Assembly: GCA_000165425.1 (NCBI GenBank)
Contig: CT868341.1
Span: forward strand, 1-64,000
Reading direction: 5' to 3'
Source: Paramecium tetraurelia
Taxonomy: Eukaryota
DNA: 64,000 bases
Shown: one piece after another, positions 55,291-64,000 of the stretch
Numbering within the stretch: the first letter of the stretch is position 1
How the letters are laid out: each line of letters starts with the position of its first letter
Translations under genes and position numbers: made by a program
Notes under the pieces: generated by a model
What the model was told of the DNA's origin: nothing
Databases searched by the model: none
What the model saw: only the letters and a program-made list of their open reading frames with translations

Positions 55291-57130
55291 ATGGGCTGTG
55301 GTTAATCATCTGCTTCATTTTTTGAGTCCAGAGGTTTGATTTACATTTATTATGGTACTACATCGGGAAACTCGAGTAGACTGGCATTCTAATTTGCAAG
55401 TTAAACAAGAAAACTGAACTTTCTCCCAAAGGGTAAGGATGTTATCTAAAATTTAGTAATTAATCTAAGTGAATTTGAACCTGATTAAATAAGTTCTTAG
55501 AAGCTGGCTGTGTTTTTTGTCTCCACATATGGTGTTGGATCGAGCTCCTCAGATGCTTAGAAGTTTAATTCTTGGATTTTTTCAAAAGAGAGAAAAAATG
55601 ATGAATTCAAGAGCATGTCTTACATAGTATTTGCTCTTGGGAATACTAATCATGAAAATTATTGTTAATTTGGGATTAAACTAGACAAGAGATTAGAGGA
55701 ACTTGGAGGGAAAAGGCTCTTTGCTTTAGGAAAAGGAAATGCAGCTGAAAATACAACTGAAAATGATTATCAAAATTGGATAAGTACAGGAGTAGAAGAA
55801 ACTCTTATCAAAACATATCCTGCATAGACATGTGATCCGAAAAAGTTTGAATAATCAATTTAATAGATCAAATACACCAATGAACCAGAAAATGAAAATC
55901 TTGAAAATTTGGATTATTAGGCATAAAAATATAAATCTAGCATTACTTTCACTATAAATGAAATAAGAGAACTAAAGAAGAAACCAACCCTGGGAAATTC
56001 CACTCTATTTATAGACCTTGTTGCTGATAATGTTAACTATGTAACAGCTAGTAACATTGCCATTTATCCATAGAATTCAGAGTAATAGTATTTTTTATAT
56101 ATTAGCCAAGATATCAATGAATTATGCAATTAACTGAGATTTGATAAAAATATGAAATTTGAAGTAATTACAACTATGAAGCATCCATTTCCTAATCCAA
56201 TTTCAATCTATAACTATTTAAAAAAGTATAGAAATATATTTTATAAATAGGTATTGTGATTTTACTGGTTTGATCACAAAAAAACAATTAATGGAGTTAT
56301 CGAACTAAGTTGTCAACAAATAACATAAAGAAGAGCTATTGAAAGCTGCTTCTTTTGAAGGTAGAGAGTTCTATGATGAAAATTTTACTAAAAAGAGAGA
56401 AAGTTTATTAACTGTTATAAAAAAATACAATATACGCAATTTATCCATTGAGTAATTACTAGAAATCTGTCCTTCAATGAATCCTAGATTTTCCACTATT
56501 GCATCTAGTAATATGAAACATCCAAAAAACATTCATATTTTAGCAAGTCAACTTATTTTATATGAAAAAAGACTTGGACTTTGCAGTTAATATTTTTCAA
56601 GTTTAAAAAAAGGGTCTTTGTTAAAAGGGTATCTTTAAGATTCTAAATTTGCTTTCCCAAAAAATCCCAAAGCACCAGTACTATTAATAGGACCAGGAGC
56701 AGGATTGGCACCAATGAGAGCATTGATTTAAGAAAGAGATTATCATTTGGAATCCAATAATTTAGAAAAATCTCCTTTATAAGGAAATATGGAATTATTA
56801 TTTGGATGCAGAACTGAAGATGAATACTTTTCTGAAGAAGAACTGAAGCATTACGAGAAGAATGGTACTTTGAGTAATTTGAAAGTTGCCTTTTCAAGGA
56901 AGGCTGTAAAATAATATGTGACAGATATCATGGATTTAAACTAAATACATTCTCACTTATAAATGGAAGGAATCATATATATATGTGGATCCGCATAAAT
57001 GGGTAGAGATATTACAAACAAGATACAGGATATGTATAAACAGATCGAAAATATTGCACCTTATTTGGCATTTAAAAAAATTAGTGAGTTGGAACAGAAG
57101 CAATAGCTAATTACAGAACTATGGGGATGA
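55291..57130 (+). CDS. Diflavin reductase (NADPH-cytochrome P450 reductase/NDOR1 family)
   Basis: YGTTSGNS, STYGVG, FALGN (FMN); PRFSTIASS, GLCS (FAD); GPGAGLAP, FGCR, AFSR, YICG, ELWG* (NADPH). Confidence 0.94.
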
Positions 57131-57511
57131 TAATGATCTATAATAATATCTTAATAGATAAAATTGTTGTTATTATAGTTCAGAACACATGATTAAGTGT
57201 TTTATTTCTTTATCATCTTTCTTCCATCTTATCATCGGTGCTCAACCAATTATATGCATTTGGAGATAACCTCTCAATTTATAGTTATATCTCTACATTT
57301 TTTAGTTCAATAAATCTAAGATAATCCAAATAGATTAATTTAGTATCTCTTTCTCATACCCTTTTTAGTTGTTAGTTAATAATCAAAAGAGAAAATCGTA
57401 AATTAAACTTTGGTAGAAGAATAGGTAAATAAGTAATAAAGATCGAAATTAGTCTGAAATGATAATATTTGGACATAATTATTTTGGTCAAAAAATGGAA
57501 TAAGAAAATGA

Positions 57512-60210
<2,699 letters not shown>

Positions 60211-60578
60211 ATTTTATATTAATTTAAATATAATTATATTCAGTATTTCTATGTCAATAGTAAAAATCAACTTAAAGTTAGAGTTAATTGATCTTGCATC
60301 TTTAACTCAGATTTAATAATATTGATCAATAATTGATATTTTACATCTTTTATTAATTATCGGTTATGCTTTTTCAATATTATGATTATAATATTCATTT
60401 TATACATAATTACAAATTAATTAACTTAGAGAATATGTGACAATCAACATATTTGATATCAACACTATTCCAATTTATTTAATTCTTTTTTGAACCAGAT
60501 ACAAAAAAAGTAGAACTAAATTAATACGCATTTAATAATTTATATAATAATAATAGTTTATATATCTATTTAATTAAG

Positions 60579-62078
60579 TCAGTGTATATTTTACTGCTTT
60601 TCTTATTGATTTTCAATTATCTATTTTTTAAGACATTATTTTTAAGTATACAAATTCAAATCCATCTAAAATACCAAATTTTAAAAAATGTTGAACTCAA
60701 TCATTTCATTTTTTTCTGCCTTCTAGACTTCCTCAAGAACACTTGATAATTAATTTAGTAGAATTCTATAATAGTATTTTAATTCTTGAGAATATTTTTC
60801 ATAACTATGATCGAATCCATTATCACCAAATTTTTCATTTAAATAATAAGTATAATATAAAACACTAAACTAAAATAATTTTTTACATTTTTTCGAATTT
60901 CTTAAATTTTATTAAATTATTCAACCCTCTTCTCAGTATGTGTGTGTAATCATTGTGGTTTTATTAATTTAGTAACCTCTGATAATACTCTAATTCAAAA
61001 ATGATCCTTGATATAGCAGACTCATTTTGGCACATTTGATTCATTATTTAAGAAGGGTTTTTATTATGAGCTGCAAAAGGACAATTATAAAAGTCCTACC
61101 CATGATCTGGACTCCAAGGTAATGAGCATTTCACACAGAAGTCATTCCCGCAGACACATGAAATTTACATGCAGCCTTAAATCTTCTGTATATACCTCTT
61201 GCAATTTGGACATGCAGAGATGTCTAATGATATCCAAGATTAGTTGGCTTCTTTAAACTATGTGATCTCATTAAAAATATGACAAGTTATAGGATAATGA
61301 TTTTCGGTCTTACAACTTGGACAAAACTTTAATCCACAATGGCATTTCTATTTTTATGAAAATTACTCTAATTTATAAATGTTTTAACATGAAAATCCTT
61401 ATAAATAATAATTCATCTTTACCTGGACACCAAGTAAAATTTCTATCATTATCCAACATCCTCTTAACCAATATTTCTTTGTAAGACGAATTCTATTCCA
61501 AATACAAATGAGGTAATCTTTCGAAACATTGATATTCTAAACATTTCACAATCGGTATAAAGTTTGATAACTATATTTCTATCATTTGATCCCAACAATC
61601 TTTGCAAAACTTATGTGAACACCTTAAACTATAGCACTCTATATTTTCAGATAAGCACAATAGGCATGAATCATTCTTATGACATTTTAATGAGGATTCT
61701 CGATAGATTCCAATTAATTTTAAGTCTTCTTTATAATCATTATTAGTATTTAGCAAATTAAAGCAATTCTTAATCTTCTCTCCTTTAAAATTACAATATA
61801 TAAATATCTTAGAATAGTTGATTTTATACATTCAAAACGATTTATATGCTTTCTTTACTAATATCTTATTCGCTAGCAAGCTTAGTTTGAAGCTCCTGAT
61901 AAAGCTCAGGTTGCATTAACAAAGTTAAATATTCCTTTCTCCCACATACTTATTTAATTGATTAGGTTTTAGAATATTTTGAACGAATTTCAGCTTTTAC
62001 ACTTCTAATTATTTTCTTTTCATAGTGGATTGATTCAGCCCTCTCATGTATATGATTTTTGCCACAAGCTTAACCCAT
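60579..62078 (-). CDS. RBR (Ariadne-like) E3 ubiquitin ligase
   Basis: RING1 CLLC..CSHKFCKDC, IBR WCPG..C..CHCGLKFCPSC..H.P..C, RING2 CPNCKRYIQKIQGCMQISCVCGNDFCVKC. Confidence 0.92.
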
Positions 62079-62607
62079 TATATTAAAATTATTATAAATT
62101 TCAATTTGCTTTCTAATTATTATATTTTTTTATAAAACTTATCATTTACAAAGACTATTTCATACAAATAATACAAATTAATCAAAGATGTAAAAGCTTG
62201 AAAGAATTAAAAAATAAATTAAATTGCATTTTGGTTTAGTACTAAATTTATCAATATCTATGCTCTGAAATATAGATATGTTCTTAATAAATTCAATGAT
62301 GTGCAAGGATAACGTAATTCTACAAATCAATTGCGTAAATTAATTGATTTAATAAATTTGACAAGAGAAATCATAATAATTTGATTTTTTATATATGTAT
62401 TATTCTATTAAACTTGCTTAATTTAGATTGTTAATTTTAAATAGTTCAATCAATATTGTTACACATTTTAAACGAAAATATTTAAGTTTATGCAATATAT
62501 AAAACTGTAATCAATATTTAATTGTCTTAATCTCGCATTTTTTTTTAAACAAATTCAAAAATATTTAATAAGTATGGTATAATGCTTGGAATTATGACAA
62601 GAATTGT

Positions 62608-63034
62608 TCAAAGCAAACAGAGACATTGTAAAATTAGAGGGAAATGAATTTGACTAATTTATTGATCATTTTTTTAAAGTCTATTGATATGTAGGACTAA
62701 GATTAAGCAGAGTTGAAAATCATAATCGCAAATTAAGCTGCAGAATTTGGGCATTAAGTCTTAGCAAATTTTAAACGCTTTCCTGCTGCAAAACTCTTAT
62801 TCAAGCATGTCTCAAATTTTTCATAGGAATTGTCCTCTGCAATATGAGACTGTAAATCTTTTATGCCGTTGACTGCTTCGCACTAATATATTGATATTTC
62901 ATTGTTGATATCATTCGCTTTTCTCCATACATTCCTTTGCTGTACCCTTACACATAGCAAGGATTACATTATCTTATGTTGAGGCAGTTAGATAGTGTAA
63001 ATATAAATGTTTTTATAACTAAACTTTTAGTCAT
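62608..63034 (-). pseudogene. Frameshifted small Cys-containing (secreted-like) gene remnant
   Basis: Two overlapping frames (..LAMCKGTAKECMEKSE* and ..ANDINNEISIYQCEA..ETCLNK). Confidence 0.3.
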
Positions 63035-63099
63035 TATTAAACGAATTTATATTAGAAAATAATCAACATTCATATCTTAATATTTCTTATATTTAGATT

Positions 63100-64000
63100 T
63101 TCACTTCTGAATTTTTTTATTAGGCAAACTTTTCTATCTTATTTTGGCATTTTTTTTCGATATTTATAAATTTAATAATTGGTTGAACAACCTTCCACAT
63201 ATTAAATATCATTCAATTGATATTAATCTATTTTGTTCCATTATTTTCAGTTTTTGAACTATCTTTGAATGATATGAATATCCGTTTGATAAAAATGTCA
63301 ATAGGATCATTGCGGAAAAATCTTTTAAATTTAAGTTTGTAATAAACCTTAAGAAATTATTTGACTAAAGCGAAAAATTATATCGAAGCATTAAATTTAT
63401 ATTCAAGATTGATTTAATAATTAAATTTTAATAATAATAACAACATTAATATCTTACATTGGTTCAAATTCTCAATATGTTTGATCCTTCTGTAAAATTT
63501 GATAACTAAATGGATCTATAAAGTTATCATAATATATAAAAAATCTTGAATTGAAAATCATTATTAGAAGTAAGTGGCAGTTCTTTACTTATATAGTCGA
63601 TGATGCTATTTGAGATTTTAATAATGCGAGCGTCAGCTTAGAAATCTTTAAAGGATTTTCTTGTTTTTTATAAGAAATCATTGATTGTTTATCTGATTGT
63701 GTTGTTAATAGGTGATTCAATGTTATGCTTACTACATTTTTTCGAACATTTATACCTTAACCTTTTGTTATGGAACTGTAAGAGTTTCAGGATAACAGGT
63801 TTTAGACATTCTTAAATTGTGCTTTACTTCATCAAATTTGGCCTAGTATTACTTGTTCCTATAATTTCACTATGCTGAGCTGAATATGATGATAAGCGGT
63901 GTTATCATCAGCATCATCTTTGAGCATATCATATTTCTCTGATATCATTTGCACTAATAGGGATTCTGATATGATATTCTTTCTCTAAACTGGTTTATAT
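63100..64000 (-). pseudogene. Decayed coding-like sequence running off the right edge
   Basis: All minus frames are interrupted by TGA; no clean splice solution found. Confidence 0.25.

Overview
AT-rich, gene-dense ciliate macronuclear DNA, almost certainly Paramecium (aurelia complex). TAA/TAG read as Gln with TGA the only stop, introns are 20-32 nt GT(A)...AG, intergenic gaps are often 30-100 nt, and there is a trichocyst matrix protein gene. The supplied ORF track uses the standard code, so it fragments every gene; I re-translated by hand with code 6, and exon boundaries are manual estimates. The left ~14 kb is accessory-like: a truncated WD40 gene with near-identical 126-bp repeats behind an odd structured leader, several decayed genes, an intact bacterial-type DinB/YfiT gene and a serine carboxypeptidase. 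The rest is mostly intact genes: RPL18A, AMPK-gamma-like CBS protein, OSCA/TMEM63-like channel, importin alpha, two tandem type I membrane paralogues, LRR, TBC RabGAP, LSD1-type Zn finger, cyclin, Kelch, a triad-less class I GATase-fold protein, trichocyst T2, CTD phosphatase, intronless TOP2, a ciliate ATP synthase subunit, an HSF with a 1-nt frameshift, a pseudokinase, nicalin, an acylation-motif diflavin reductase, PKG and an RBR E3 ligase. No rRNA, tRNA, CRISPR array, telomere tract or transposase was seen.
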